Part shown: positions 40,832 through 53,759 of the stretch, piece by piece | Layout of the letters: the number at the start of each line of letters is the position of its first letter | How positions within the stretch are numbered: the first letter of the stretch is position 1 | Origin: Octopus vulgaris | Taxonomy: Eukaryota | DNA length: 64,000 nucleotides | Reading direction: 5' to 3' | Assembly (NCBI GenBank): GCA_951406725.2 | Contig: OX597834.1 | Location: forward strand, 16,492,001-16,556,000 | The notes under the pieces: model-generated | Databases searched by the model: none | Seen by the model: only the letters and a program-made list of their open reading frames with translations | What the model was told of the DNA's origin: nothing | Program-made: the position numbers and the translations under genes

Positions 40832-42370
40832 GTGAGTAATGGTATTTATTCATTTGATTGATTGATTGTTTACTTTTTGTTTTGTCTCAGTCATTGAACT
40901 GCAGCCAAGCTGGAGCAATGCCTTGAAGGTAATTTTTGTCAAACGAGTTGACCCAAGTACTGTTTTTTAAAGCCTTGTACTTATTCTATTGGTCTGTTTT
41001 GCTTAGCTGCTAAGTTACAGGGATGTAAATAACCCAACATCAGTTTTTAAGTAGTGGTGGAGGACAAACAGAAAGGTACACACATATAAACAGGAGAGTG
41101 GGACATCAGAGTGCAAAACCTGGCACTGGTCTTGCTTCTCCTCAGTTCAAGGATTTGAGTAAAGTCAACTCCAGAATCAGGACAGGCTTTGTGCAGGCAT
41201 GGGGGCACACTGGCAAAATGTGGCTCCCCTATATGGAAACCTTGCCTGTCAATGTGGTTTTGTGGCACGAGGCAAAGCTGGCCTTGCTGTCCACTCAAGA
41301 AAACACAGTAAATGATCCACAAGCACTCAAGCAAACTGAGTCCTCAACTTGTTCCATTTGACAAAAGATTTGCAAGGCACCAGCAGGCCTCAAGAAACAC
41401 ACTCATGTCCATAGAACATGATAAATGCTTTATTTTATTAAACCCTCATTTGTCGTTCACGACAAGAGAACCCATCGTCATTGTAAAGGGAACTGGTTGC
41501 TTCTTTACACTTTTGGGGTGCAACTTGGGTGCAACACAATTTCCTTTCTTTTTGTTTCTAGAAACTACCAGTCAGGAACGAAACGCAAGTTTTAAAATAT
41601 ATACAATTCTTTATTCTCTTGGTTCAACAATGAAACACGATGGTATACTGGTATCCACCTAGTTCAACACAGTAAGGCTGAATTCTAACGTTTGTAAGTT
41701 TCTTACAATTCAGCATTAATAGAACAGGTTAAATCCTAAGCATCTGGGACAGGAGAATAGGCTGATCACACGTATGAAAATACGTCCTTTCTCTTCTATC
41801 GCCGTGTCTCAAGTCCCCGACGCTATTAAGGTACGCGAATAGAATTTCTTCTTCAGTCTCTAGCGCATGTGCATGAGGGAACTTCCTTATGCCTTTCCAG
41901 AAGGTTCCAACCCCGCACACGTACACTGAAGAAGGACGCTCCGCACACGCACACTGAAGAAGGACGCTCCACACACGCATACTGAAGAATGACGTTGCAC
42001 TGGAACATGATGTCACTACATCATCATCAGATATATCTATCTATATATACATATATATATAGCTGAAGGATTAAAATTGATCAAAGGCTGGTGTGCTTAC
42101 ATCCCCATAACTTAGCGGTTCGGCAAAAGAGACCGATAGAATAAGTACTAGGCTTACAAAGAATAAGTCCTGGGTGTCGATTTGCTCGACTAAAGGCAGT
42201 GCTCCAGCATGGCCACAGTCACATGACCGAAACAAGTAAAAGAGAAAAAGAGTAAAGAGTACATGTGACGTGCTTCTGTTTTTTTGGGGGTTTTTTTAAA
42301 GACAAATTTATTAGACCCCAAAATTTTTATTTTAGCTTACATATTTCTCTGCTTCTAAATTTTATTTCAG

Positions 42371-42467
42371 ACCACTTCAGAATTACAAACGACCGAAATA
42401 ATCGCATAAAAACGCTGCTGAGTGAATACTTCCCAGAATCTGAATTATTTACTCAATACCAACTGAA
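42371..42467 (+). CDS. C3: C3-like exon 18: DHFRITNDRNNRIKTLLSEYFPESELFTQYQL
   Basis: tttcag/gtaagt; FPES motif (usual WLW replaced by ELF). Confidence 0.88.
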
Positions 42468-44078
42468 GTAAGTGGCAACATTCACCATCATCATCATCAC
42501 CATCATCATCAAACTGTTGCTACTAATGGTGATGATGATGCTTATGATAACATTATTCTTCCAAATACACATATGTATATATATAAAAGTGAGGTTGTGT
42601 GCTGTCTGTCTCCTACGATTTAGATTCCTAACTACTCCCACATTTTGCGGTGCACTTTAACCAAAACCGGGTATCTTATAGTCGTGATTCATATCGAGCC
42701 CTTCTGGGTATTAGTGCGCATCTATGATGAGTCTACGATTTAAAATAAAATTTACCATCAATTTTTCCCATTTTTAATGCATTTTTGGCATATATAGGGG
42801 AAGTAACTCTTTAAAAATTTATTATTAAATCTCAGAACGTAAAAAGCTACAGTAACACCCCCCCTTTGTGGTTAGCCATATTGAGATGGCTATTATACTT
42901 TACATCTCTAAAAATGCTTATATAGTTATTTCCCTTACAAACCTGAGCAACGCCAGGCGATACTGCTAGTGTATATATAAAATATTCTATAATTGCATAC
43001 ATAATTATAGAATATTTTGTATAATTTACCTAAAAAAGGATTTTTTAACATACTGACTACTTGGTAAAATTATTAATTAATTAATTAATTAATTTTACCC
43101 TATATTATTACATATGAAGAAGAAGAAAAACACTGAGCACTACATTTCTCGTCTGGCTGCAATCATCAGCTGAGTGCCGTGCTCAGAGAGCCTTGGATTG
43201 ATCAGTTTCTGGATTTGCCCAATGGCTTTTCCTTGTCAGCAGAGCCCTTAATTATAATAACTGTGTGTGTGTGTATGCCATGGAAACTGGGAAACCAGTC
43301 CTTGTGAGTCCATAGAGCTCAATAGGGATGATTTAAAGTGTTGCACAGCAATAAATTCAGTTTTCAGTACAATTATTTATAAAACCAGTGACTCAACAAA
43401 GGCTAAGATGACCAGAAAGCAACTGCACATCAGGGTTTCTTTTTGTTTTTTATATGAGTTTACCTTCTCCGAGAAGGAAGTTCTAACGAGAATAAGGGAT
43501 CTGTCATTCCTAGTGGTTCATATGCTAGTTAAACTATAGCTATTTCTTTACTACCCACAAGGGGCTAAACACAGAGAGGACAAACAAGGACAGACAAACG
43601 GATTAAGTCGATTATATCGACCCCAATGCGTAACTGGTACTTATTTAATTGACCCCGAAAGGATGAAACGCAAAGACGACCTCAGCGGAATTTGACCTTG
43701 ACAGATGCTACTGTTCCAAGTCAAAGTAAACCAGGGAACAAATAGTGGCTAGGCAATGGCTCCACACTCCTGAAAACTCTGAAACTCCCAAAACCAGGGC
43801 CCAATAATCAGATGCAATTTAAAATCATATCCAGGACATACATATATGCAACAGTTTCCATCAATGAAATTTAATTCCCAGGGCAATTTAGACAACCTAA
43901 AGCTGTAGCAGAAAACACCAAATATTCCAAGCAGTATGACCCAAACCCAGAACAACAAGCTAATATGGTTGTGATACAAACTTCTTAACCACAAGACCAG
44001 ATTCACAATTCCATTTTTTTAAAATTCATATTTGTTTTCCACCTCACCCTGTTATTATTATATATATTTTACTTACAG

Positions 44079-44307
44079 CAAAAGTGGAGTTTATCGACTT
44101 AACTTCACTCTACCAGCCTCTGTGACCAGTTGGCACATTCAAGGAATGAGTGTCGGAGACAAAGTCCCGTTCTGTGTGGCCAAACCGATCGATATTGTTA
44201 CTTTCAAAAAAGTCATCACAAAGGTCAGCCTTCCTTATGTGGTGAAAAGACTGGAACAGATCCTCGTTAAGGCTGTCGTATATAATTACAAGAAGGAGAT
44301 AATTACT
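44079..44307 (+). CDS. C3: C3-like exon 19 (MG6/MG7): ...LPASVTSWHIQGMSV...FCVAKP...LPYVVKRLEQILVKAVVYNY
   Basis: ttacag/gtaagt; LP.S.T.W, CVA.P and LPY.V.R.EQ motifs. Confidence 0.96.
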
Positions 44308-45470
44308 GTAAGTGCTCGTTTCAACATCGTTTTTGTTTTTGTTTTGTTGTTTTTTTGTGTAGATGTGTGTGTATGTGAGTCTATGTTTGTGTATGTGTGA
44401 AATATATATCTGTGTGTTTGTGTGCACATCTATGCACATGTTTGTGTATGCTTGCGCAAGTGTTTGTGTGTGTGCTTGTATGTGTATGTTTGTGTGTATG
44501 TATGGGATAGGAATTGAATAATTTAATTTGTTTTATTTCTTTTTGTTTTGTTTTGTTTTTAGGCTTACTTTAGGACTCCATTATCTAACAGTCTAAAACA
44601 AAGGTTCTCAACCCATTTTGGCCAAAGGCCCCATGTTGACCCTTGCAGTCACAAATGCCTCCGCCCCCACCACCACCCCTACTAGAAAATATTTTAATTT
44701 TTCAATTTACTACTTATTTTGATTTCAACATATAATGATTAAAAAATAAAGAACTTTGTTTTATATATATAGTTTCTTTATTGCCCACAAGGGGCTAAAC
44801 ATAGAGGGGACAAACAAGGACAGACAAAGGGATTAAGTCGATTACATCGACCCCAGTGCGGAACTGGTACTTTATTTATCGACCTCGAAAGGATGAAAGG
44901 CAAAGTCGACCTCGGCGGAATTTGAACTCACAACGTAACGACAGACGAAATACGGCTACGCATTTCGCCCAGCCTGCTAACGTTTCTATCAGCTCGCCGC
45001 CTTTGTTTTATATATGCGCTTGTACACATTTGGGAGAAGAGATGTACAAATTGAAATGCAAAAAAATTAAATAAATTGAAAATTTGGTAATTGCATTTAT
45101 TCCCACCTCACGACACTTATGCGATCAACATGTTGTCTATTGAAAGAGTGCTCTTTGGTGTAAGAGAGCCCCTTTACTCCAAAACGCCTCCCGTGAGCTT
45201 CAAATGGCTCCATGGTGGGTGGGGTGCACATGGCACCTGTTGAGAACCTCTGGTCTAAAATGTCCTTTCCTGAAGATTTGGTAGTATTTCTAGCAGCTGT
45301 TTCATTTGCTCTCCTTGCAGTGGTGGTGGTAGTGATAGTGGTAATAGCTGCAGTGGTTGTGGTGGTAAGTAGTAATAGTGGTGGTGCTAATGTAGTAGTA
45401 GTAGTAACGGTGGTGATAGTAGTGGTAAGGTGGTAAAGTGGTGGTGGTGGTAGTGGTGGTGGTGGTGGAG

Positions 45471-45538
<68 letters not shown>

Positions 45539-46606
45539 GGTGGTTGTAGGAGGAGGAAGAGGAGGGGGTGAGATTACTCATGACTTTTGCAAGTCCTACC
45601 AAAACTGGTCTGGTGAGATCAATATGGCTAATGTTCAGGTTGAGCTTTTGTAGGTCAAGACTTAGGAAAAAAAACTTGGCCAGATGAGTCCAACGAGAGA
45701 GAACCTTTATATGGTCACCTGAGTTACTAGAAACAGTGACCAAATTTCCTTCTAATCATTCTGTCTTTAAAACAAAAACGTCAAGGAAGCTACAGATTAT
45801 AGGTCTTCTTGATGATAGGTCTGCTCGACCTGGGGTTAAACTATGAGAGGGAAGGGAATTAACGAGATCTGCATATATATTATGCCAAAGCAGACCTTAC
45901 TGGTGTTGGTGCCACATGAAAAGCATCCAGTGTACTCTGTAAAGTGGATGGCATTACGAAGGGCATCCAGCTGTAAAAAAAAAAAAACCATACCAAAACA
46001 GACAGTGAAACCTGGTGCAGTTTTCTGGTTTACCAGGTCTGAAAAGAGGAGTGAAAATTAGAATTTTTATATTAAATGCCTGAATATATATATATATTGT
46101 ATATATAAAAGTAAGGTTGTGTGTCTGTCTCCTACGATTTAGATTCCTAACTACTCCCACATTTTGCGGTGCAGTTTAACCAAAACCGGGTATCTTATAG
46201 TTGTGATTCATATCGAGCCCTTCTGGGTATTAGCGCGCGTCTACGATGATTCTACGATTAAAAAAAAAATTTACCATCATTTTTTTCCATTTTAATGCAT
46301 TTTTTACTCGGTTTTATATAAGGGAAGTAACTCTCTAAAAATGTCTACGATGAGTCTACGATTTTTTAAAAAATTTACCATAATTTTTTTTCCATTTTTA
46401 AAGCATTTTTTTGCTATTTTTTGGCTATAACTCTCTAAAAATGCTTATATAGTTATTTCCCTTACAAACCCGAGCAATGCCGGGCGATACTGCTAGTTGT
46501 ATATATTTGAATTGAATTGTACTTGGGCAAAACAATTTTGACTTTTAAAAAAGAAAATGTTCCAAACTTTTGGCCACAACTGTATGTATCTCTATCTTTA
46601 TTGAAG

Positions 46607-46819
46607 GTGAAATTGGCATTCCATGAAACTAAAGGAATCTGTTCCCATGCTGCACCTGGAAAACCCTACGAAGTTATCAAAAAGATTTTACCCCAGAGCC
46701 TCGAGGTGTCTCGTCTTGCGATCATTCCTCTTTGGACTGGAAATTTCACCATCCGTGTCACCGTCACACAGATTGATGACAACTTCCGAGAAGAGATAAG
46801 GAAAACTTTAAGAGTTCAG
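46607..46819 (+). CDS. C3: C3-like exon 20 (MG7): ...KGICSHA...AIIPLWTGNFTIRVTV...IRKTLRVQ
   Basis: ttgaag/gtaagt; C3-type CS, IIPL..G and K.LRV.(Y)EG. Confidence 0.93.
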
Positions 46820-46904
46820 GTAAGTTTAAAGTCAGGTTGGAATCTGATGGAATATCAATTCTAACTGATCTATAACCATTGTCGTCGTCATCATCATCTT
46901 GTGA

Positions 46905-47225
46905 AGGCACATGACTCAGTGGTTAGAGCATCGAGCTTACGATCGTGAGGTTGTGAGCTCGAATCCCGGACCGGGCTGCGTGATGTGTTCTTGAGCAAGA
47001 CACTTTATTTCATGTTGCTCCAGTTCACTCAGCTGTAGAAATGAGTTGCGATGTCACAGGTGCCAAGCTGTATCGACTCTTGCCTTTTCCTTGGATAACA
47101 TCAGTGGCGTGGAGAGGGGAAGCCGGTATGCATGGGCGACTGTCGGTCTCCCATAAACAACCTTGCCCGGACTTGTGCTTCGGAGGGTAGGTGCAATCCC
47201 ATGGTCAGTGTCGTGACCAAAGGGG
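46905..47225 (+). mobile_element. tRNA-derived SINE, third family (copies at about 53306-53635 and 37195-37530(-))
   Basis: Head gactcagtggttagagc...tcgaatccc, body ttgagcaagacactt...cactcagctgtagaaatgag. Confidence 0.75.
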
Positions 47226-48371
47226 GTCTGAGAATCATCATCATCTTCACTCATCTCTTCACCACCTTCACCCTCATCATCATACTGAACACTACTATCA
47301 ACATCGTTGTTGTTGTTGTTGTAGTAATCATCATCATCATCGTCATCTTCGACACTGTCAATATTATTGATATCATTAGATGATAAATCAGCAGACTCAC
47401 TTGGGGATTGGCCAGAAGGCACCACACTTTTGTCATCCTTTTGGTGGGGTCAATAAAATAAATACCAGTCGAGTACTGGGGTCGATGTAATCAACTTAAC
47501 CCCTAACTCCCTTCAAAATTGCTGGCCTTGTGCCAAAATTTGAAACCAATGTTGTTATCATTACCATCAACACATTCATCTTCATCCCCCACTACACACA
47601 CATCATCTCTTCCCCACCACCCCCTCACCAGCATAACGAATATCTCTGTCATGATGATGATCATCATCATTGTTTTAACCATCATCAGCATCACCATTAT
47701 TTTCGACATGATCTACATCATCATCATCATCATTGTCATCAACAATTTGAATACTAAAGGGTCAAACTGGCCAGATCTGGCTCAAATATTCTACCTGTTT
47801 AATGTTAAAACTGGCCAGATCCAGCATCTCATGCCTGACCTACAATGTCATTCTAAAAATAAACGATCACATCATAGCCAGCATTGCCTTACCGGCACAT
47901 GTACCAGTGGCACATGATAAACAGCGTTCAAGCATGGTTGTTGCCAGTGCCGCTGGACTGGCTCCCGTGCAGGTAGCACGTATAAAACACCTTTTGAGCA
48001 TGGTCGTTGCCAGAACCACCTGACTGGCCCTCATGCTGGTGTCATGTAAAAGCACTCACTACACTCTCAGAGTGGTTGGCGTTAGGAAGTGCATCCAGCT
48101 GTCGAAACATTGCCAGATCAGATTGAGCCTGGTGAAGCCTGTGGCTCACCAGTCCTCAGTCAAACCGTCCAACCCATGCCAGCATGGAAAGCAGACGTTA
48201 AACAATGATGATGATGATCATCATCATCATCATCATCATCATTTAAACCTTGAAACTACATGATAATACATGATTAATTCAATACAATGTGAATAAATAA
48301 GAATTACATTTGACAGAATAATATGAATGCTAAAAGTGTTATTAAAGACTGACTTCTTTTATATTTTCCAG

Positions 48372-48486
48372 TACGAAGGCATCAAAGAGACAAAGAGTAT
48401 ATCGCTCATGTTGGATCCATCTGGAACTTTCTCCAAACATAGCAGACCCCGAAGACAACTTTCCAATCATATAACAATACCAAAAA
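48372..48486 (+). CDS. C3: C3-like exon 21 (CUBg): YEGIKETKSISLMLDPSGTFSKHSRPRRQLSNHITIPK
   Basis: ttccag acceptor; weaker gttaat donor but phase 1 matches exon 22; EG......S..LDP motif. Confidence 0.85.
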
Positions 48487-48735
48487 GTTAATATAAAAAT
48501 ATATTGTTTTTTTTTTGTTTTTTACTTGTTTTAATCATTAAGCTGTGGCCATGCTGGGGCACTGCCTTGAAGAATTTTTTGTCAAATGAATCACCCCCAA
48601 TACTTATTGTTTTGTTAAGCCTGGTACTTATTCTATCAGTCTTTTTTGCCAAACTGCTAAGTTCCCAGGGACATAAATATACCAGCACTGATTTCAAGTG
48701 GTGTGGTAGACAAACAGACAGAAACACACATATAA

Positions 48736-48786
<51 letters not shown>

Positions 48787-48916
48787 TCAGCCGAAATTGG
48801 GAAGATGATCCGGTTTTTGACTGAAGATCGAAGGCTTCAAATGTCCCGTCCGTTTTTTTGTATCGTCTTCTAAATGTTTTGCGTTCTTGTCCCAGTTTGT
48901 GTTTTTTTACATTTAT

Positions 48917-49006
<90 letters not shown>

Positions 49007-49489
49007 CAATGGGCTTCTTTCAGTTTCTCTCTATACCAAATCCACTCACAAGGCTTTGGTCAACCAAGGCTATACTAGAAGACACTTGCCCAAGGTGCCA
49101 CGCAGTGGGACTGAGCCCAGAATCATGTGGTTGGGATGCAAGCTTCTTACCACACAGCCACGCTTGTTTCCTTATTTATAAATATAATAATCCTCCCTAT
49201 TATAGGTACAGGGCCCGAAGTTTGGTTGGAGAGGGCTAGTCAATTATAACAGCCCCACTGTTCAACTGGGGCTTATTTTATTAACCCTGAAAGGATGAAA
49301 AGCAAAGTCCACCTTGGTGGATTTTGAACTCATTATGTAAATACTAATCCAGAAACAAAATACTAATCCAGAGCAAGGAACAAGATTATCAACTGCTTCC
49401 GTCAGATCTTTTACCTAATTTAGAAATAACTGCTATATCTCTAAATCTAATAACAACCAATAAATATGTTTCTCTTGCACATTTTCTAG

Positions 49490-49591
49490 ATGAAATCTAT
49501 GTTTCCCAGAAAACGCAGAGCATCATCTTAAATCTTAACCAACCCCCTGATGCAATTGATGGTTCAGCAAATGGTGACATTGTCATTACAG
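49490..49591 (+). CDS. C3: C3-like exon 22 (CUBg): EIYVSQKTQSIILNLNQPPDAIDGSANGDIVIT
   Basis: ttctag/gtgagg; P.DAI.GS....I.ITG motif. Confidence 0.9.
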
Positions 49592-50748
49592 GTGAGGGTT
49601 TTATTTTCGTATATAGCCTTTAATTTATTGTTTTTTATACATATGATGGTAGCCATTTGTAGTCCGAAAAAGACGGTTCTGCAATTTTTTAAGAACAATC
49701 TGCACAAACGATTTGCATTATAGTAATTAAATGCATGTGCTGTGCATTAGCTCTCTCCTTCCATCAAATCGATGTTACCTGAACAAGCGCACAGGGTACC
49801 ACATGTCAGGTGTCAAAGTGATCACAGAGTAACAGATTCATTGGGTCCACACAATTTTCAGCCTCACCAAAGAAAATCTTGTCTCTTGTGAATAGTGCCC
49901 TCCATTTCCAATCTTTCACAAAACACATGTTCAGTCAGGGGGAAATATTTACTTGGAAAACAAGTGAGGATTGGTGACAGGAAAAGCATCCTGCTACAGA
50001 AAATCTGTCGTGACAAATTTTGTCTGATCCATACAAGCATGGAAAAATGGGTGTGAAAGCAATGATAGTTGGCACTCTGTTTATTAAGATGACAAGGGTT
50101 CCGGCTGATCTGATCAATAGAACAACCTGCTTTTGAAATTAATCTGCAAGTGGCTGAGAACTCCACAGACACATGTGTATCCTTAATGTAGTTCTCGGGG
50201 ATATTCAGCATGACACAGAATGTGACAAGGGCGACCCTTTGAAATACTGGTACAAACTAATTTTTGCCAATTGAGTGGAGTGGAGTAATGAGAAATAAAG
50301 TGTCTTGCTCAAGGATACAATGCATTGTTGGGAATTGAACTCATGCTCTTTCAATCATTAGCTGAATACTCCTAACCACTTAGCCATGCACCTTCATTAA
50401 AAAAGAAACAATGATGATATACACACACACAAACACATACACACATGCATGCACAAATACACACACATGCATGCAGACCTATGCATGTACATGCTCACAA
50501 ATGCACATACACATGCATGCATGCACACACATGCATACATATGTGCACACTCACAAATGCATGCACACATGCATGCACAAACTCACACATGCATGCAGAC
50601 ACACATATGCATGCACATGCTCACAAATGCACATATACATGCATACACACACATGCACACACATGCATGCACACACACATGCATACACTTACAAATGCAT
50701 GCACACACACAGAGTTACTCTAAATATTTACCTTGATCCTTCCTGAAG

Positions 50749-50937
50749 GAAACCTTCTTGGATCAACAATACAGACCACCCTGAAAGAACCGGAGAAGCT
50801 GCTGAAGAAGCCTTATGGTTGTGGAGAGCAGACCATGATATTCCTGGCCCCCTGTGTCTATGTTCTCAAATACTTGAACAGTACAAACCAAGTGACACCA
50901 GAGATCTTTGAGAATTCCACCAGATTCATCAGATTAG
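50749..50937 (+). CDS. C3: C3-like exon 23 (TED) with thioester motif GCGEQ (50817-50831)
   Basis: ctgaag/gtaaaa; KPYGCGEQTMIFLAP.VYVLKYL. Confidence 0.97.
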
Positions 50938-51509
50938 GTAAAATTCCTCGTTGCATCTCTTGTATATCTCTTCATATTTCTTTGACCTGAAACTCTAAGA
51001 TTCTACCTCAAAATTTCTTTCATTCGCTTCTCTCTCACTTTTGTTCTTTTTTTCTTTTCATGCTCTTATTCACCCTCTCTCTCATTTTGCATGAATATTG
51101 TTTTTCTTACTTGTTTCAGTTAATGTACTACTGCCATGCTGGAGCACTGCCCTGCAGAGTTTAGTCAAGCAGACTGAACCCTGTGCCCATTATTTTCTTA
51201 TCTTGAAAGCCAAGTACTCATTCTGTCAATATCCTGTGTTGAACCTCTAAGTTTCAGGGACATAAGCATACACACATGTGGCTGTGTGATAAAAAGTTTG
51301 CTTCCAAACCACATGGTTCTGGGTTCAGTCCCACTGCATGGCACCTTGGGCAAGTGTCCTCTACTGTAGCCTCAGGTCAACCAAAGCCTAGTCTCCTTGG
51401 GTTAGCACATGACACACCGGAAGTATAGGATTTTGGCATTCCTCTTACCCCTTGACGTAAGGACTAAGTAGCCCTCCATGTGGGGCCACAGGTTCTGAGA
51501 CTCCTGACT

Positions 51510-51805
51510 CAATCAATATAGATGCATCTCATCTAAACTGACTCTCTCCCTAATTAGTTGAGCTATGACCCTCTCCGTGGCCTTCATTACTTGATCCAAC
51601 AACTTGCTACCTCTGTAATTATTTGTATCTAAAGCATCACCTTTACCTTTGTCGCAGTTGACTATTATGCAGCTACACCAGTCATTGGGTATGACTCCTT
51701 CATGTATCTGGTTAACTATACGTGTGACTAGGCTATAGCTGACACTGCCAGATATTTTGAGCATTTCTGCAGCGATTCCTGATGGGCCGGGGGGGTTTCC
51801 CTGTC
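51510..51805 (-). mobile_element. LINE reverse-transcriptase N-terminal fragment (RTE-like)
   Basis: PGPSGIAAEMLK...IPNDW...KGKGDA....NYRG..LL. Confidence 0.8.
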
Positions 51806-51946
51806 TTGTGTGTTTGAGTTTGTCTCCCCCATCATTGCTTAACAACCAGTGTTGGTGTGTTTATGACCCTGTAACTTTTTCTCCCCCGCCCCAATTTATT
51901 AATTTAGGTATATTATAATTTATTATAATTTATTATATTATTTTAG

Positions 51947-52022
51947 GTATATTAAAAGAGCAAGAATTTCGTAAGATAGATGGCTCTTATGCAGCTTTTG
52001 ACCGAAACTCTGCTAGCACATG
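51947..52022 (+). CDS. C3: C3-like exon 24 (TED): GILKEQEFRKIDGSYAAFDRNSAST
   Basis: ttttag/gtgagt; FRK.DGSYAAF...STW. Confidence 0.95.
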
Positions 52023-52269
52023 GTGAGTATCTTTGTATATTTTACTTGTTTCAGTTATTAGACTGCAGCCATGCTGGAGCACCAATTTGAAGAATTTCTT
52101 TTAGTCGAATGTTTTGACCCTATGGTGTCAAGAGAGAGAGAGAATTATCAATAGGAACTGGGGGAAATATTTTTCCAGTTTCATTTCATATATAGTTCAA
52201 TCTACACAAGTTAATGCCAATTTCATCAAAATTTCCATCCTAATCTCTCTCCTTCTCAATTTTTTTTAG

Positions 52270-52426
52270 GCTTACAGCATTTGTGTTGAAAGTATTTTGT
52301 CAAGCTGCGGAGTTTGAATATGTCGACCCTATGTTAACGAGGACAGCAATAACATGGCTCATCAACAAGCAAAAACCCGATGGCTCCTTTGTTGAGAATA
52401 ATCCAGTCATCCATACAGAAATGATG
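52270..52426 (+). CDS. C3: C3-like exon 25 (TED): WLTAFVLKVFCQA...KQKPDGSFVENNPVIHTEMM; catalytic His codon 52412-52414
   Basis: ttttag/gtgaga; matches human C3 QKPDG..E..PVIHQEMIGG. Confidence 0.97.
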
Positions 52427-52646
52427 GTGAGACAATAGTTATTATCATACATCATTTACATCATTTTACATTTGACAGATATTTGTCCTCATCTTGTTTG
52501 TTGTTAACACAACGTTACGGCTGATATACCCTCCAGCCTTCATCAGGTGTCTTGGGGAAACTTTGAACAATAACAATAAATACACACAGACACACATATG
52601 CATGTGTGTGTGTGTGTGTAAACATTTTGAACTTTTCTCTTTGTAG

Positions 52647-52724
52647 GGTGGCCTCAGTAAACAAGCAATGACAGCATTTGTTTTAATCAGTCTCATGGAA
52701 TGTAAAAGGATTCACCCAGAAATA
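52647..52724 (+). CDS. C3: C3-like exon 26 (TED): GGLSKQAMTAFVLISLMECKRIHPEI
   Basis: ttgtag/gtaagt; TAFVLISL.E motif. Confidence 0.95.
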
Positions 52725-52806
52725 GTAAGTAACGTTTCTTTATATCATATACACTATCACAACTGTGAGGTAATACATTTACATGTTTCTCTCCTCTCTC
52801 TCTCCA

Positions 52807-52871
<65 letters not shown>

Positions 52872-52880
52872 TTTTATTAG

Positions 52881-53108
52881 GGTGGCGAGCTGGCAGAATT
52901 GTTAACACACTGGGCGAAATGTTTAGCGGTATTTCGTCTGCCGCTACGTTCTGAGTTCAAATTCTGCTGAGGTCGACTTTGCCTTTCATCCTTTCGGGGT
53001 CGATTAAATAAGTACCAGTTACACACTGGAGTCGATGTAATCGACTTAATCCCTTTGTCTGTCCTTGTTTGTCCCCTCCATGTTCAGCCCCCTGTGGGCA
53101 ATAAAGAA
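52881..53108 (+). mobile_element. tRNA-derived SINE with Meta/MESC-like central domain; copies at about 4935-5112(-), 7971-8150, 10125-10345(-), 44772-45000(-), 63145-63314(-)
   Basis: Head tggcagaattgttaa...gagttcaaattc, body gcctttcatcctttcggggtcgattaaataagtacc. Confidence 0.8.
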
Positions 53109-53759
53109 ATATATATATATCATCATCATCATCATCATCGTTTAACGTCCATTTTCCATGCTAGCATGGGTTGGACGGTTCAACTGGGGTCTGGGAAGCC
53201 AGAAGGCTGCACCAGGCTCCAGTCTGATCTGGCAGTGTTTCTACAGTTGGATGCCCTTCCTAACGCCAACCACTCCGTGAGTGTGTGTGTATATATATAT
53301 ATGTAAAGGTACATGGCTCAGTGGTTAGGTCATCAAGCTCACAATTAAGAGGCAGTGAGCTCAATTCCTGGACTGGGCTGTGTGCTGTGTTCTTGAACAA
53401 GACACTTTATTTCACGTTGCTCCAGTTTACTCAGCTGTAGAAACGAGTTGTGGTGTCACTGGTGCCAAGCTGTATCGGCCTTTGCCTTTTCCCTTGGATA
53501 ACATCAGTGGCATGAAGAGGTGAGGCTGGTATCCATGGGCACTGCTGGTCTTCCATAAACAACCTTGCCCAGACTTGTACCTAAGAGGGGAACTTTCTAG
53601 GTGCAATCCCATGGTCATTTGTGACCAAAGTCAGTCTTTACTCCTTCATATATATATATGTATATATATATATATAGAGAGAGAGAGAGGCAGAGAGAGA
53701 GTGTGTAGTAAATAAACTGTCTTCTAAATTTTGCAAATTACATAAAAATATCTTGAAAT

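Noticed and set aside
45212-45743. Val-rich and poly-Tyr/His ORFs
   Set aside because: (GTA)n/(GTG)n trinucleotide repeat in intron 19.
46905-46975. tRNA-like sequences (also 18671, 52881, 63758)
   Set aside because: These are SINE heads continuing into repeated SINE bodies; no convincing acceptor stem or terminator.
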